Positions 21,379 through 33,448 of a stretch of 64,000 nt of DNA are shown one piece after another. The position numbers and the translations under genes are program-made. Positions within the stretch are counted from its first letter, which is position 1, and the number at the start of each line of letters is the position of its first letter. The stretch spans positions 66,204 through 130,203 of the forward strand of contig RQSC01000958.1 of NCBI GenBank assembly GCA_013416795.1. The letters run 5' to 3'. Below the pieces are notes generated by a model that was not told the origin of the DNA, ran no database searches, and saw only the letters and a list, made by a program, of their open reading frames with translations. The DNA comes from Prasinococcaceae sp. CCMP 1430. Lineage: Eukaryota; Plantae; Prasinodermophyta.

Positions 21379-22766
21379 GTCTGTCGCGCGCGCGTCGCAG
21401 CGCGTGAGCGGAAGCAGCGGCGGCCACGCGAGCGCCGGGGTGCCAGGCGCCAGAAGCGGCGCGAGGAGCGCCGGCGCGGACGCCGCTCGACCCCGCGCGC
21501 GCGTGGCGGCCACGCGTGCCCGCGCGCGCGCCCGCTCGGGGGAACGCGCATTCAAACCGACCTCGGAAATTCGCGGCCGCGCGCGCGCGCGCGCGGCATC
21601 GCCCCCAATTGCGAGGAAGCTTCGCACGGATCGGAACGCCGAACGCACGAATATCCGTTGGGAATTGACCTCGCCAGTTGACCTACGGAAATTGATTCGA
21701 TTCGGCGCGGCGGAGTGACACGTCACGAGTGACTCGTGCTGACTCGGACGCCGGCGCGGCGGCGCCGCATTCCCTCATACCTGATGAGACTGCTGTGAGG
21801 GTGTCATCACAAAGCCCAGAAGAGTCTATTCTGATTTTAGGGCATTTTCGCTCGATAATTCGCTCGGCGTCGACCAATTTGAGTGCACTTCGATATGCCG
21901 AATTCACGATTCCAAATTCAAGATTCCATAAATAAAAAAATAAAAAAAAATAGCTTTGTGACACCCTCGAGACTGCAGTGACATTTTACAGCATGGATGC
22001 GCACGATGGTAGTGCGGCGCGCGCGGACGGATGACGTACCCACGGGAGCGCGATTCTGCGCACTAAACCCTCATCCCATCAAAATCAACGCGATGGTCGC
22101 CGCCGCCGGCCGCGCGACTGGCTGGGAATGGGATTCGTAGGATTGCGGAGCCGCGCTTGCCAGCCAAACCCCACATCCCAACCAACCAAATCCATTCCCA
22201 GTCAATTCTCCGCGGAAGGCGCGTCGTAATCGTCCGGAATTCTCCGGACCGCTTCCGGGTCGCACCGGCAGGCGGCGGGCGCGACGCGCCAAGGGGCGCC
22301 GGGGCGCTCGCCGCCAGCCAGGCAGACATGCCCGAGCGCGAGCTCCATCAATGAGGGCCGCCCCGGGCGGGTGCGTGCCGGATGCGGCGCGGGCCCGTGA
22401 CTGATCGAGGACTGAGAAGCGCGTTTTTGTCCGTGCCACGACATGGTGACAGTTGGCGTGCCGCGTTCAAGTTGTGTTGGGCAACCGCCCGCATCGCCGC
22501 ATGCGTACCGCGGCCGGAGCGTGCACTGCGGTACGGCGCCGACGCCCCTGCTGCTCTCTCTTGCTACTGTCGCTGGAAGCGGTACTCGGGCGCGGCGCGG
22601 CGCGGCGCGGGCGCGCGGCGCGCGGCAGCGGCGGGGCGCGCTACACGCGCCCCCGACGCCCTTGCGCCCGCACCCGCAGCGAGCGCGCCAGCGTCAACAC
22701 CAGCCAGCAGCAGCCGCTCCTCCCACAGGCGCGGGCCACGCGCCGCGTCCGCACCGCCTGCCAAGC

Positions 22767-23481
22767 ATGTCCCAGCAGCTTGCCCGCACCTTCGGGGACA
22801 TGTCGGTGAGCGGCAGCGCGCCGCGCGAGGGCCCCACGTGGCACAGGCGCGGCAGGCGTGTGCCTCGTAGATGCGGGCGCACGCTGACTGATCATTGCAC
22901 CCACGCATTGTAACTCCTGGCTCGCTCCCCGCGGCGGCGGCTGCAGCGCGCCGTGTGGAACCCCTTCGAAGACGTCGACTTCCCCCTGCATCGCCACATG
23001 CGCACGAGGATGCACGGGCGCGAGCACATGCTCGGCTCGTACAACTACGGGCGCGCGGACGTGCTCGCCGGCAAGGCCGAGGGCAGCAAGGAGGTTCGGA
23101 TCGAGCTCCCTGGGACCAAGAAGGAGGACATCGACGTCGAAAACGACAATGGCATGCTCCGCATCACCGCGCACCGCAAGGATGAGCTCAAGGGTGACAA
23201 CGAACACTCCTACTACGAGGCCTCGTTCGAGCGCGTCTGGTCGGTCCCTGAGGGTACGCCTTCGTCTAGCTAGAAAGCTGCGTAGTCTTGCCCCAACAAC
23301 GCCACGAAGTGCTTGGCTGACGCGGGCCGCGCGCACGTCACGTGTCGCCTCGGTGGCCAACCGAACGACAGGCGTCGACGCTTCTAAGATTGCCTGCAAG
23401 TACGCCGATGGCGTCCTCACGGTGAGCGTGCCCGCGCCAGAGGTTGCCGCGCCCAAGCCCACCAAGCTTTCGATCGCCTGA
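22767..23481 (+). CDS. Small heat shock protein (Hsp20/alpha-crystallin); exons 22767-22805, 22947-23253, 23372-23481
   Basis: IELPGTKKEDIDVE..GMLRITA, SFERVWSVPE|GVDASKIACKYADGVLTVSVP. Two GT-AG introns with CTGA branch sites restore the frame. Confidence 0.92.
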
Positions 23482-23830
23482 ACGACTGCGGCGCCCGTGC
23501 TGTCGTGCAAATTATGATGCAGTGCGTCGCTGAGCAAGAGCCATCGACATCATGAGTCCTGAAGCGCGAGCGAGAGCCATCGACATCTCAAGTCCTCAAG
23601 CACGCCCGTAGGCAGTTACTGTACGTGACGCCCTCGAGGGGGGCTTTCTGTGCACACAGCGTGAAAAGTAAGCACGCGAGTCAGAAGTTTCCTATTTCCT
23701 GCGCTGTGTGTGCCAAGCCCAGCGCGCGCGCACCCGGAGCCGGCTGGGAGCGACGAGTGCCAACTCCATCCATTACTCGCCGCCACATCTATCTAGCTAG
23801 CTAGAGAGCCACGCCCGCAGCTGGACCGCC

Positions 23831-25387
23831 TCACGCCAGCGCCGGACTGGCCGCGTGCAGAAACTTGCGCTTGGCCTCGCCGCCGCGCGCCACGCAGAAG
23901 AAGCACGGGTGGAGGCCGCCGATGACGTGGCCCTGCAACGCGCAACAACGAGGGGGCAAAACGCGGGCCGGCGGGTCAGCGCGCGCCCGGTGGATGCAAG
24001 GGCGCAATGGCGGTGGCACCTGGCTGACGCGCGCGCCAGCGCCCTCGAGGCCTGCGTGCACGACGCGTCCGCGCGCGCAGACGCGCGCGCGCTCACCTTC
24101 TGCGCGAGGAGGTCCTTGAGAGTGCTCCCCTCCTCAACCCGGACCCACTCGACGAAGTTGCCGTCCGCCTCACGCGGGTCGGGTGCGTCCTCGCCCGGTA
24201 CGCCATTGTGAAGAAGCACCTCCGCCAGCTGCTGGCGCGTGAGCCCTTTCGCACCCGCGCGCCTCGCCCAGTAGAGCTCAACACGAGCGCGCGTGTACTC
24301 GCCCTGCGTGTCCCACTCGAGCGGTGGCGCGCCCTGGCCAAACATCACGTCCAGATGCGGGCCGAAGGTGTCCGTCTCAGGGAATGCCTGGATAATGTCG
24401 CTCGACATACTCTGCGGGTAGAGCAGCGTCACCGGCCACACCATGGAGCCATCGTTTGCGAGCGCGGGCGTGCGGTTGCCTCCGTCGAACTGCGCCGTGC
24501 CCACTGTCAGCCCGCGATCCTTCTGTATGGCATCCGCCAGCGCGAGGCCCGCCGCAAGCCGCGCCTCGGCCTCGCGCTTGGCTGCCTCTTCGGCCTCCTT
24601 GGCGGCGGCGGCCTTCTTGCCAAGCGCCTGCAGCTCCTCGTTGTCGGGCTCGAGTTGGAGGCCCTGAACGCAGAAGCGGTCGGCGGCCGCGAAGTCGGGG
24701 ATGTTCAACGCGGCCTTCGCGCCGCGGAACGCCGCCTTGACCGCCTTGGGGTCGTGGCTCAGGGCGAGGTCGGCGTCGTTGATGGCCTTGCGGTAGTTGC
24801 CCAGCAGCGTGTGCACGTGTGCGCGGTTGCCGGCGAGCTGAGAATTGAGCGTGGCGTCATTGCACTTCACATCCAGGCCCGTCGAGTACAGCATTGCCGC
24901 CTCCTTGTAAAACTTTTTGCGCACCTCTGCGAGGGGCCGCGCGCCAGGCGTGTGGGCGCGCAAGAGAGCGACGGGCGCGGCGGTGTCAGGGCACAGCGCA
25001 GAGCGCACGAGCTCGCGCGTCCCACGCACCCTTGTTCTCCTTGGCGAGTTTGAGGACGCGGTTACCGCGGTCCTTGTAGTTGGCCGCACGCTCGACCGGG
25101 TCGGTCTCGTCAGCGATCGACTGCAGGCCGAGGTAGTCGGCGTTGCTCTCCTCGGTGTTTTCCGTAATCTCCTCAAGGAACAGCGCGGGCGTGGAGTCGA
25201 GGCCCGCCTTGTCGTACTCGGCTCGCAATTGCTTGGCCTCGCCCTCACTGCCCCCATCGGCTCCGCCCTCGGCCACCGCCTCGGCCGCCTGGGCGTCGGC
25301 CTTGAGCAGCGACTCAAGCTCGGCCGCGCAGTCTTGCGCCATCTGCTCCATCGACGGCGCTGCGCCCCCCGGCGCCTCGCCCGTCAT
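23831..25387 (-). CDS. TTC4: TPR Hsp90/Hsp70 co-chaperone TTC4/Cns1; introns 24927-25029, 23933-24096
   Basis: TPALFLEE..LGLQSI..ERAANYKDRGN, TPRs (NRAHVHTLLGNYRKAINDA..KAAFRGAKA), wheel domain WPVTLLYPQSMSSDIIQAFPE. Confidence 0.88.
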
Positions 25388-25945
25388 TGGCTGCCCTCAC
25401 ACCTCCCAACAACCCCCTTTCCCCCACCCTGCCGACGCGCACGAGCCCTCCGAGGCTCCCCTTGCTACCGCCCAGCGCGCTGGGGTCGGGGGGGAGGGGA
25501 GGAGGCGGCACCCCGGTCGGTGAGAGGGGCGCGTGCGCACGCCTTCCGCGTGCGCGCTGTGGCGCCCGGCACACTGGCAGCCGCCGGGGGGGGGCGGCGG
25601 CCGCGGCACCCCCCTGCCCGCCAATTGATTCGAATTTGAACTCCGCGCAACCTTGTCATTTAACATGTGTTCATATACAATACGCGTCAAAAGTGATAAT
25701 TACAAGGCCTTACCGTTTATTTCACCGGACGTGTGTTTGTCCATCAGGTGATATGGGAAAGCAAGCATTCGACGGGGGACAGCGGAATGCGTCGCCAGAC
25801 CGCATTTTGTCGCCGCGCCGCAGCCTCGGCGAACGGGCCGGCCGCCAGGGGGGGAGGGGGGCGGCGTGGTGCACACAGCGCGTGCCCGGCACCGCCGCGC
25901 GCTGGGGCAGCCTGCAGTCCGGGCGCGGCTCCCTCTCGTGTGCGG

Positions 25946-28900
25946 TCACAGGGTCTCCCACAGGTTTGGATCCTCCATTTTCCAATCTCTTCCCCCCTTC
26001 GTGTACTGGAAGCCTGGCGACAGTGTGTGCCCGTTGTGGTACCAAGTGGACGTATCGGGCGCGCCGATGTAGCCGCGCAGGCGGATGACGAACGACGAGA
26101 AAGTCGACGCACGCGTCCCAATGAAGAGCCGCCCCGACGCCATGATCACCTGCTCGATGGGGCCAAGCAGATACGCTGGCACGTGCACGCCCTTCAGGAC
26201 GTTCCCACCGCGCGGCCCGTAGAAGTCATTGAATCGGTAGACGCAGTAGCGGTGGCGAAATGGCTGGAAGAAGCCCTGCTCGGTCTCGTCGCTGGCGATG
26301 TAGATCGTCTCGTTGGGCCGCAGTAGGTGCGCGGTGTTCTCCATCGAGGCTTCGGCGCCGACGAATGCGGTTTTGTACTGTAGGTCGCCGCGGCGGATGT
26401 GCATCGAGCTGTACTCAAACAAGCCGAGGTACGAGACCACCCGCGAGGCGATCTCGTACACGAGCTCGGGGTAGTGCACGGAGCGCAGCAGGCGGTGGTA
26501 CTCGACCGTGCCGGCGTCTGTCTGAAACCAGAACGCCTTGGCAACCTGGCCGAACTGGCGATACCCCTGGCCGTCGTACGAGTCGTTCTGTTTCCTCGAG
26601 GGGAAATACAAAACCTTGTGCGTGTGATTGTCGAGCATGTACTCATCGAGCGGACGCTCGTCGCGATCCCAGAGGGTCGGAGTGTCGGGCGTCGGCAGCC
26701 GTGGCGCATTCTCGGCCTGCTTTGGGTCGGTGGTGCCCTTGTACCAGTCCTCTTTGCACCGCGGTACGCAGATGATGCCTCTGAATGGGGACCAAGGGGC
26801 ACGCGTGAGATGGTGGTCGCCCCAGTCGCGAAACTCCTTCCATCTCGGGTCGCCTTTGGGCTGAATGTTCGAGCGCGGACTCAGGGCGTACTACAGGAGC
26901 CCGTACAAGTCCCTGAGTGGGAGGCGTCGCACGAATTCGGTAAAGTTGAGGATGGTCGTGCCGTACTTGGCGAAGGTCTCATTCAGAAAGTCGATGTCGA
27001 AAAACTGCGAGAAGTGCGACACGCCGCCCTCGTGGCCCCCGCCGACCTTCATATTACCGTAGTTGATCAGGTACCAACCGGAGGGGGGAGGCAGCACGAG
27101 GATGCGTCCGGTAATGACAGCGAAGGACACCACCCACTCGAACGCCATGCGAATGTTGTTGAAGCCGCCCATGTCGTTGTCGAAGAAGACGTACTTGGGC
27201 GTGCTCGCCTCCTCCGAGGACACGCCCAGAGCCTTCTCCATTGCGACCTTGCCAATGGTATCGGGCGGGGGGGTCCAGTCTTCGTCCCAGTACGAGAGGC
27301 AATCCTGCACGGCAGCGGCACGCTCGAGGTCGGGCTTCGCGTCCGGGTCCTCCGCACGGCAGGTGGGCGGCGGGACGTTTCTCTTGGCCATCATGGCCTT
27401 CATCTCCTCCTCTTCCTTGCGCATCTTCTCGAGGGCGTCGGGGTCGTGACAGCCGGTCTCGGCCACGCGCTTGGTCGCAGCCTCGACTTCGGACTTGTAT
27501 TTGAAGAAGCACTCGTTCGGTTGCTGGCCTACGGGCGGCGGATCGGGCCCAACCGGGTCCCAGCACGTGGCATCCTGGTCCCATATCCACCCTTTGGCCC
27601 ATGGCTCGGTGGCGCTGTATAGACACCAGCTGCCGCAGCCCGTCATCATCTTGGACGCGAAGGCCGTCGCGATCTCGTTGGAGAACTTCGAGCTGCCACC
27701 GCACTCGTGCGCCACCATGCGGTCGGGATGCCACGATGATCTGCCGCTCGCAGGGCATATCCTCTCGTAGACATCGGCGAAGCTTTCCTTGTCCGGAAGA
27801 TAGGCGGCGCGCGTCACCAGGTTGAGGTTCTGTACCATTCGCCATCTGCACAGCGACGGCGGGCAGTGCTCCCGCGCGCCGAACGTGAGGAGCACGTTCC
27901 CTTCGAGGTTGTCGCGGGCTGACGGGCGGGCGTCGGACGCGCACGGTGACCTTCTACGGAGGTGCTCCGAACGCGCGGCTTTCAGGCGCGGTGTGAGCGA
28001 GGGCATGCGGGCCTTGCGCGCGCGCTCGTCCTCGGAGAGCGCCGCGTCGCCTCCGGGAGGATGGAGCGCCCGCTCCATCGCCTCGGGGTAGAGCGAGCAC
28101 ACCTCGGCCGGGCTCTTCAACTTGATGACGTCCACGCGCCCCCACCCTCTGCTGCTTGGCGGCGGCACCGCGAAGCATCGCTCATAGTTGTCCCGGTTCT
28201 CAATCTCGACGACGTCGCTCCAGCGGTCGAGGAAGCCATGATTGCGGCTGTAGTCGCGCGTGTGGGTGCACGCGTTGATGAGGCGGATCTTCGTGTACGG
28301 TGGGATGCTGGCCGCGCGTACGTTGCCGTAGGCGCACCATTGCTCGACCCTTTCGTCCCCGATCTCCGCACTCGCACCCTCCCCGCACGCCGGCCCTTGG
28401 CCGTTTGTCTGCACAATGGCTTCCAGATCGGCGCCGTGGAAGAAGGTGTCGCACAGGTCATGCGAGTGGTTCAGGTACATGAAGCGTCGATTGGGATAAT
28501 TTTTGTCGCCGCCGCCGAAGCCTTCAGCGAGGCACTCTTCGTCATTGAAGAGCACCACCACGCTGCTGATGTCGGGGCGCTTCCCGTGGCTCTCGTAGTG
28601 GTGGCTGTGGTGCGGGTGCTGCGCCTGCTGCACATCCTGCTCTTGCATCCTTTCCTGTTGTTCTTCGAAGGCACGTTTGCTGGCCTGCTCCTCCTCTCGC
28701 GACCGCCGGCGCTCCTCTTCGTTCTCTTGCACGCGTGCCTGACTCTCCCTATCCTTTTCTGCGTCCGCCTTGTCTTGCCGCGCCCGCAGCTCCTCCGCCT
28801 GCAGCTCTTCATGCCGCCGCGCGACCTCGGCCGCCACGCGCTCCTCGAACATTCGCTCCGCGCGCTCCTTCTCGGCGAGAACGATTTGCACCTCCTTATC

Positions 28901-29197
28901 GGTCTCGGTCTTCCTGCGGAACTCCCACTGGTCGATCTGTTTCTGCTGGGCCGTGCGCAGCGCGTCGTCCTTGCGCGGTAGCGGCGCGAGTTGGTCCTCG
29001 GGTCGCACCCCAGTGATGGAGGACTGCGCTTGTAGCAAGGCTTGGTTCTCTGTCGCCCACCGCCCCGCCAGCGCCGCGATCAGGGATTCCTCAACGGGCG
29101 CGGACCCGCCCCCGCCGCCGAGCCCCCCCCACATCCCACTGAGGGCGAGTGCGAGCAGCGCCAGCGCAGCGACGCCTGCCACCGCAAGCGCGCACAT
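25946..29197 (-). CDS. Large O-fucosyltransferase-like protein (type II membrane) with coiled-coil and Cys-rich insertions; probable 42-nt intron 26891-26932
   Basis: YVFFDNDMGGFNNIRMAFE..GRILVLPP, SMHIRRGDLQY, IYIASDE, IEQVIMASGRLFIGTRASTFSSFVIRLRGY. The two ORFs are in one frame, separated by a single TAG. Confidence 0.82.
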
Positions 29198-29745
29198 CGT
29201 GCCGGCTGCGCGCCGCAGCGCGCCGCGCGCCGCGCGACGAGCCCCCGAGCGCCGGGCCGCGCCCCGCGCCCCCGCGCGCGCGCTGTGGCGCCCGCTGTCA
29301 CAAGAGTCCCGCACCAAACAGCCCTCGTATCTAGACCCTAGTAATTCCTACCCCATATGCGATTTAGGGTCTGCTAGTTTGGGTCCCGTGTCCCTTTGAC
29401 GAAAGTTTCAAAGCGGTCGAAATGGCCTTGCCCGAATGTAGACCCGGAAAACTGACATTGACCCGGGCGGCCTCTGCCTGGCTGGCGAAGATTTGCTCCG
29501 TGCGGACAACTCGTCGAGGGGGGAGGGCGGGGGCATTGGGGCAGACAGCCGCCCTGTGGCGTGGCAGGGGAGCGGGCGAGGGCGACGTGGACGAGCACTG
29601 GCAGGCGCGCTCGCACTGGCGCCCCCGCGCCCGCGCGCCGGCGAGGTCCCTCACGCGCCGGCGGGCGCGGCGTCGACGTCGCTCGCGCGGGCCAGCTGCG
29701 TGGAGGCGGGTGAGGGCGGTGGGCGCCCACCACAGCGGCAGACCG

Positions 29746-30462
29746 ATGGCGGTGGCGGCGTGCGCCGTGTGCGCCGCGCCCTACGCACGTGTCCGTGCGC
29801 GGGAGAGGCGCGTGGCGCCGCGCGCGGGCCTTCTCGACGGGATCTTCGGCGGCGGTGGTGGCGGCGCGGACGACCGCAGGAAGCGAGAGCGCGACGAGCA
29901 GCTTGCGCTGCAGCGGCAGAAGCTCGAGGAACGGCGCGCGGGCACCTCGCTGCGCGGCTTCCAAGAGCGCCGGGCGAAGATCGCCGCCAGCATGCGAGCT
30001 GAGCGCGAGGAGCGCGCGACGCGCGCAAGCAGGCCCATGGCGGAGTTCCTGAAAGGGCGGGAGGCACCGGCAGACAGAGGGCGCGCAGGAGCGGCGCCCG
30101 GCCGACGGATGTACGATGGCAAGGAGGACGCGCCCACGGGGTTTGGCAACATAATCATCCCACAGATCCCAATAGGCATCGAGAAATGTGCGTGACCACG
30201 CGGCGTGCGCGGCAGCGCGCTGTGCGGACGCTGTGCGGACGCGCGCTGCGGCAGCTATCTGACGGTTCTGACGCGCCCGCGCGCCCGCGCGTTGGACTGG
30301 TGCCTTGCAGACGATCGTGGCGATCGCTTCGACCTGGCAGGAAAGTACGTAGACGAGGGGTGGGTTGACGAGGATGCGGGCTCGGGCGGTCTCTTCGGCG
30401 GTCTCTTCGGCGGAGGCAAAGACAAAGGTGACAAGACTGGCAAACGCAAGGGCCGCTCATGA
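29746..30462 (+). CDS. Small probable plastid-targeted hypothetical protein; intron 30188-30310
   Basis: Transit-peptide-like MAVAACA..RVAPRA then GLLDGIFGG; spliced IPIGIEK|YDRGDRFDLAGKYVDEGWVD. Confidence 0.7.
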
Positions 30463-30559
30463 AAATGCGCGTGTGGGGGCGCAGGCCGAGGGTCGGCGTG
30501 GGTGCGCGCCTGCCTGCGGCGGTCTCTGAGTCGACTTGTGAGTCGTACTTTGAGAGGCT

Positions 30560-33076
30560 TTAGCAGCTGCGATGAAAATGCGTAAGGCGCGCGCGCAGGA
30601 GCATTTCGTGCCACGCGCTGTCCTCCTCGGACCCCGCCTCGAAGCCGCAGAACCAGTGCGCGGCGCCCGTGACGAGCACGGGGGCGTGTGCGCCGGCGAG
30701 CGCATCTGCGAGGGTGCGCAACACGGGCCCCTCAGCGAGTTGGGCGCGGTGACCGATGCCAGCGCTCGCACTGCCCCCCGCATCGTCGCGGCCTACAAAG
30801 TCGAGCTTGCAAACGCACACGCGCGAGGAGCTTTGTCCGGACTCCTTCGCCCCTCGTGGTAGGCCGCGGTGCTCTGCCATCGTCGCCACGCTGCTCGCAC
30901 GCATCGCCGCATACGCAAGCATCGCGTCGTCGAGCCCCCCCGCGTTTCCGAGCGAACGCGCTGCGGCGCCTCCGACGGCGTCGCCACCATTGCCAGCAGC
31001 TGCGCGTGCCTCGATGTCCACTACCAGGGCGTCTCGAAGGATGGATGGCGCGTCCATTGCCTCCGCTCGACGACCTGTGTTGACTACTCCAGTACCCTCG
31101 ACGACGCGCACACGCAGCGTGTCCCTGTCCTCCCCTAGCCCCTGCCCTGCTTGGGCCGCGGCGGTTGGGCTGTTGCGCATTTGCTGCCAGCTCGAGTACG
31201 AGAATGCTGCGCCTGTGCCCGACTGCCACCCTGGCACTTGGACTCCCTGCAGCAGCGACACGTGCATGCCGGAGGGCAGCACCGCACCCATGCCTGGAAT
31301 GTCCTCGTGCAAGCCAAGCCCAAGCGGCAGACACGCACCCCTACAGAACGGGAGCGCGCGCATGGGCCCGCTGCCTGGACTGCATCGAGAGAGCGGGAGC
31401 GCCACGCGCACAGGCGCCTGGGGTTTGCCACGCCTGGTAGCCACAGCGTAGCTCTGAAGCGCAAGTGCGAGGCCGAGCAGCGCGGCAGTTTCCATCTGCT
31501 CGTATAGTGGCGGGAACAATGGCACGAGCTCTGCTTGCACGTGGCCGCCATGAGCTGCCTGTTCCCCCGCTACGAGCGCCAGGTTGATGAGCCCGAGCGT
31601 TTGGAGGCCATCGTCTGACAGGGATGTGTTGGAATTGCGAAGCCCATGCGTCGATGCGGGCACTTGCCGCGAGGAAGCGCTTTCGGTGGCGCCATTGTCG
31701 CATTCCAACGGGTCAGGCACGAACCATGCTCCGTGCTCACGAAGCATATACTCCTTGAGAGCATGCGCGCCGCCCTTCGCGCTCCAGCCAAAGCCCACCG
31801 TCGGGTGGTAAATGTGACCGAGTCCTCCAGGTGCACCTAAGGGATGCATGGGTCCCTCGGGAGTGGCAGCATGAAGGTACCCATCGCCGGGCCGGAAAAG
31901 CTCCTCGATGGTGATCGCCTTCCTTGGTGGCGCGCTGGTCGGGCGTGCGACCAAGCGCCCGCTGCGCCGCGAGCTGCCAAATTGCGAGAAGCGCTGGGAA
32001 AATGAAATCCATTCATCCTGATCCCAGGTACCAGCGGGCGCCACCGCCATGTGGCTGAGGAATGCGCGCAGCAGCGGCAAAGTCCTCCGCGCCCCCCACG
32101 CTGGAAAGTGAAGGAACCCAACATTCCATCGCCACGCCGCATAATCGTAGCATGCACCGCTCGCAGAACCAGAGGCAGCGGTGTCGCGGTCGGCTGTGTT
32201 GCGCAACACGGTTCTGAAATCGCCCGCAGCCACGGCATTGCGTAGTACTGGTCTGAAGTCGCCCAGCACAGACATATCAGCGTCGAGGAAAGTCATCGAA
32301 ATGTTTGATTCCAGCGAGGCCGTCACCGCGCGCCACTTTGCCATCTGCGCTGCGTCAAAACGGGCAGACCTTAGCGCCATGGCCTCGGGCTCGCCCTGCT
32401 TATGTGCCGTCCGGCCACCACCTTCCGCCTCCAGCGCGTATGACACCGCATCGCGCACGAGGCACGGTGGGCAGCGGGCATTACCATCGGGCCAGGCCGC
32501 CTTTGTCGCTGCGAGCAGCTTTGGGTCGGAGGCGAGCGCAACCTCGGACGCTGCATCGAGCAGCACGATGCATAGCAGCGGCGTTGGCGCGCTGGCGCTC
32601 TTTACTGTTGGCGTTGTTGCGTGCCGCCAAGACGCCGCCAGATTGAGTGCGAGACCAAGCGTCCCGACTGAAGACATTGTTGTCAGCACGTGCGAGGTAG
32701 TGTTGAGTGCAGCTCTCGGCACGGATGGCTCATTGATGCACGCAGGGGGTGCAACATCCATGGAAGTTGCCGTGACGACGTCCTGCAGGCCACGATTGTT
32801 GCGTAGTGCATCGAGTGCGGCGGCAACGCTCGGTGAGGCGGGACATCGTTCGAGCGCCGAAGAAGGGGCCTGCTGCCGATGCACCGCCAAATCTGACAGC
32901 CCCGCCCCTGGTGCGCTGCCACCGCCACCGCGCTCGCCCCTGCTCATCACCACACGTTCCACTACCGTGACGATGACAGTCGGCACGACGGACGCCGTAG
33001 CGATGAACAGCGCGGTCGTGCATACCGTCTGCACGGCCCGCCTCCGTCGCTTCAAATGCGCCCGCGGCCTGGACAT
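30560..33076 (-). CDS. Nucleotide-diphospho-sugar transferase (GT77-like), type II membrane
   Basis: TM helix near the N-terminus; KWRAV..MTFLDADM (DxD), NVGFLHF, WDQDEW, HIYHP..KEYMLREHGAW. Confidence 0.72.
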   Translation of the reverse strand: MSRPRAHLKRRRRAVQTVCTTALFIATASVVPTVIVTVVERVVMSRGERGGGGSAPGAGLSDLAVHRQQAPSSALERCPASPSVAAALDALRNNRGLQDVVTATSMDVAPPACINEPSVPRAALNTTSHVLTTMSSVGTLGLALNLAASWRHATTPTVKSASAPTPLLCIVLLDAASEVALASDPKLLAATKAAWPDGNARCPPCLVRDAVSYALEAEGGGRTAHKQGEPEAMALRSARFDAAQMAKWRAVTASLESNISMTFLDADMSVLGDFRPVLRNAVAAGDFRTVLRNTADRDTAASGSASGACYDYAAWRWNVGFLHFPAWGARRTLPLLRAFLSHMAVAPAGTWDQDEWISFSQRFSQFGSSRRSGRLVARPTSAPPRKAITIEELFRPGDGYLHAATPEGPMHPLGAPGGLGHIYHPTVGFGWSAKGGAHALKEYMLREHGAWFVPDPLECDNGATESASSRQVPASTHGLRNSNTSLSDDGLQTLGLINLALVAGEQAAHGGHVQAELVPLFPPLYEQMETAALLGLALALQSYAVATRRGKPQAPVRVALPLSRCSPGSGPMRALPFCRGACLPLGLGLHEDIPGMGAVLPSGMHVSLLQGVQVPGWQSGTGAAFSYSSWQQMRNSPTAAAQAGQGLGEDRDTLRVRVVEGTGVVNTGRRAEAMDAPSILRDALVVDIEARAAAGNGGDAVGGAAARSLGNAGGLDDAMLAYAAMRASSVATMAEHRGLPRGAKESGQSSSRVCVCKLDFVGRDDAGGSASAGIGHRAQLAEGPVLRTLADALAGAHAPVLVTGAAHWFCGFEAGSEEDSAWHEMLLRARLTHFHRSC

Positions 33077-33448
33077 TGACCGCGGCTGGCACGCGCGCGC
33101 CAGCCGAGGGCGCCGGTCGCCTCGCCGCGTGCACGGAGGACCGGGGGGAGGGGGGGGGAAGAGAGAGCAGCGCGGTGCTCGAAATCGCGGCTCGGCGCCG
33201 CAGATGGCCCGTGCCGGCGCCCCCCCACGCGGCGCGGTGTGACGGCGCTCGCACGCGCTGCCTGTCGGCATCGCAACACCCGCAACAATTTCAAAAGCGT
33301 TCATATATCAAAATGAACGTTCAGACAGCAAGTGAAGGACGACTATCAAAATAGCCACTCCTTGCCCGACACAAGGGCCACACAGCGCGCGTGGGCGGGC
33401 GCGCAGCGGCCGGGGGGGCTGCGCGCTCTGCTGTTGCTCGTTGGAGTG

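Noticed and set aside
22190-22260. Heat-shock element upstream of Hsp20
   Set aside because: GAA/TTC units are present, but I could not find a correctly spaced nGAAnnTTCnnGAAn array.
23537-23606. Imperfect ~36-bp direct repeat in the Hsp20 3' UTR
   Set aside because: Two degenerate copies only; no evidence of function.
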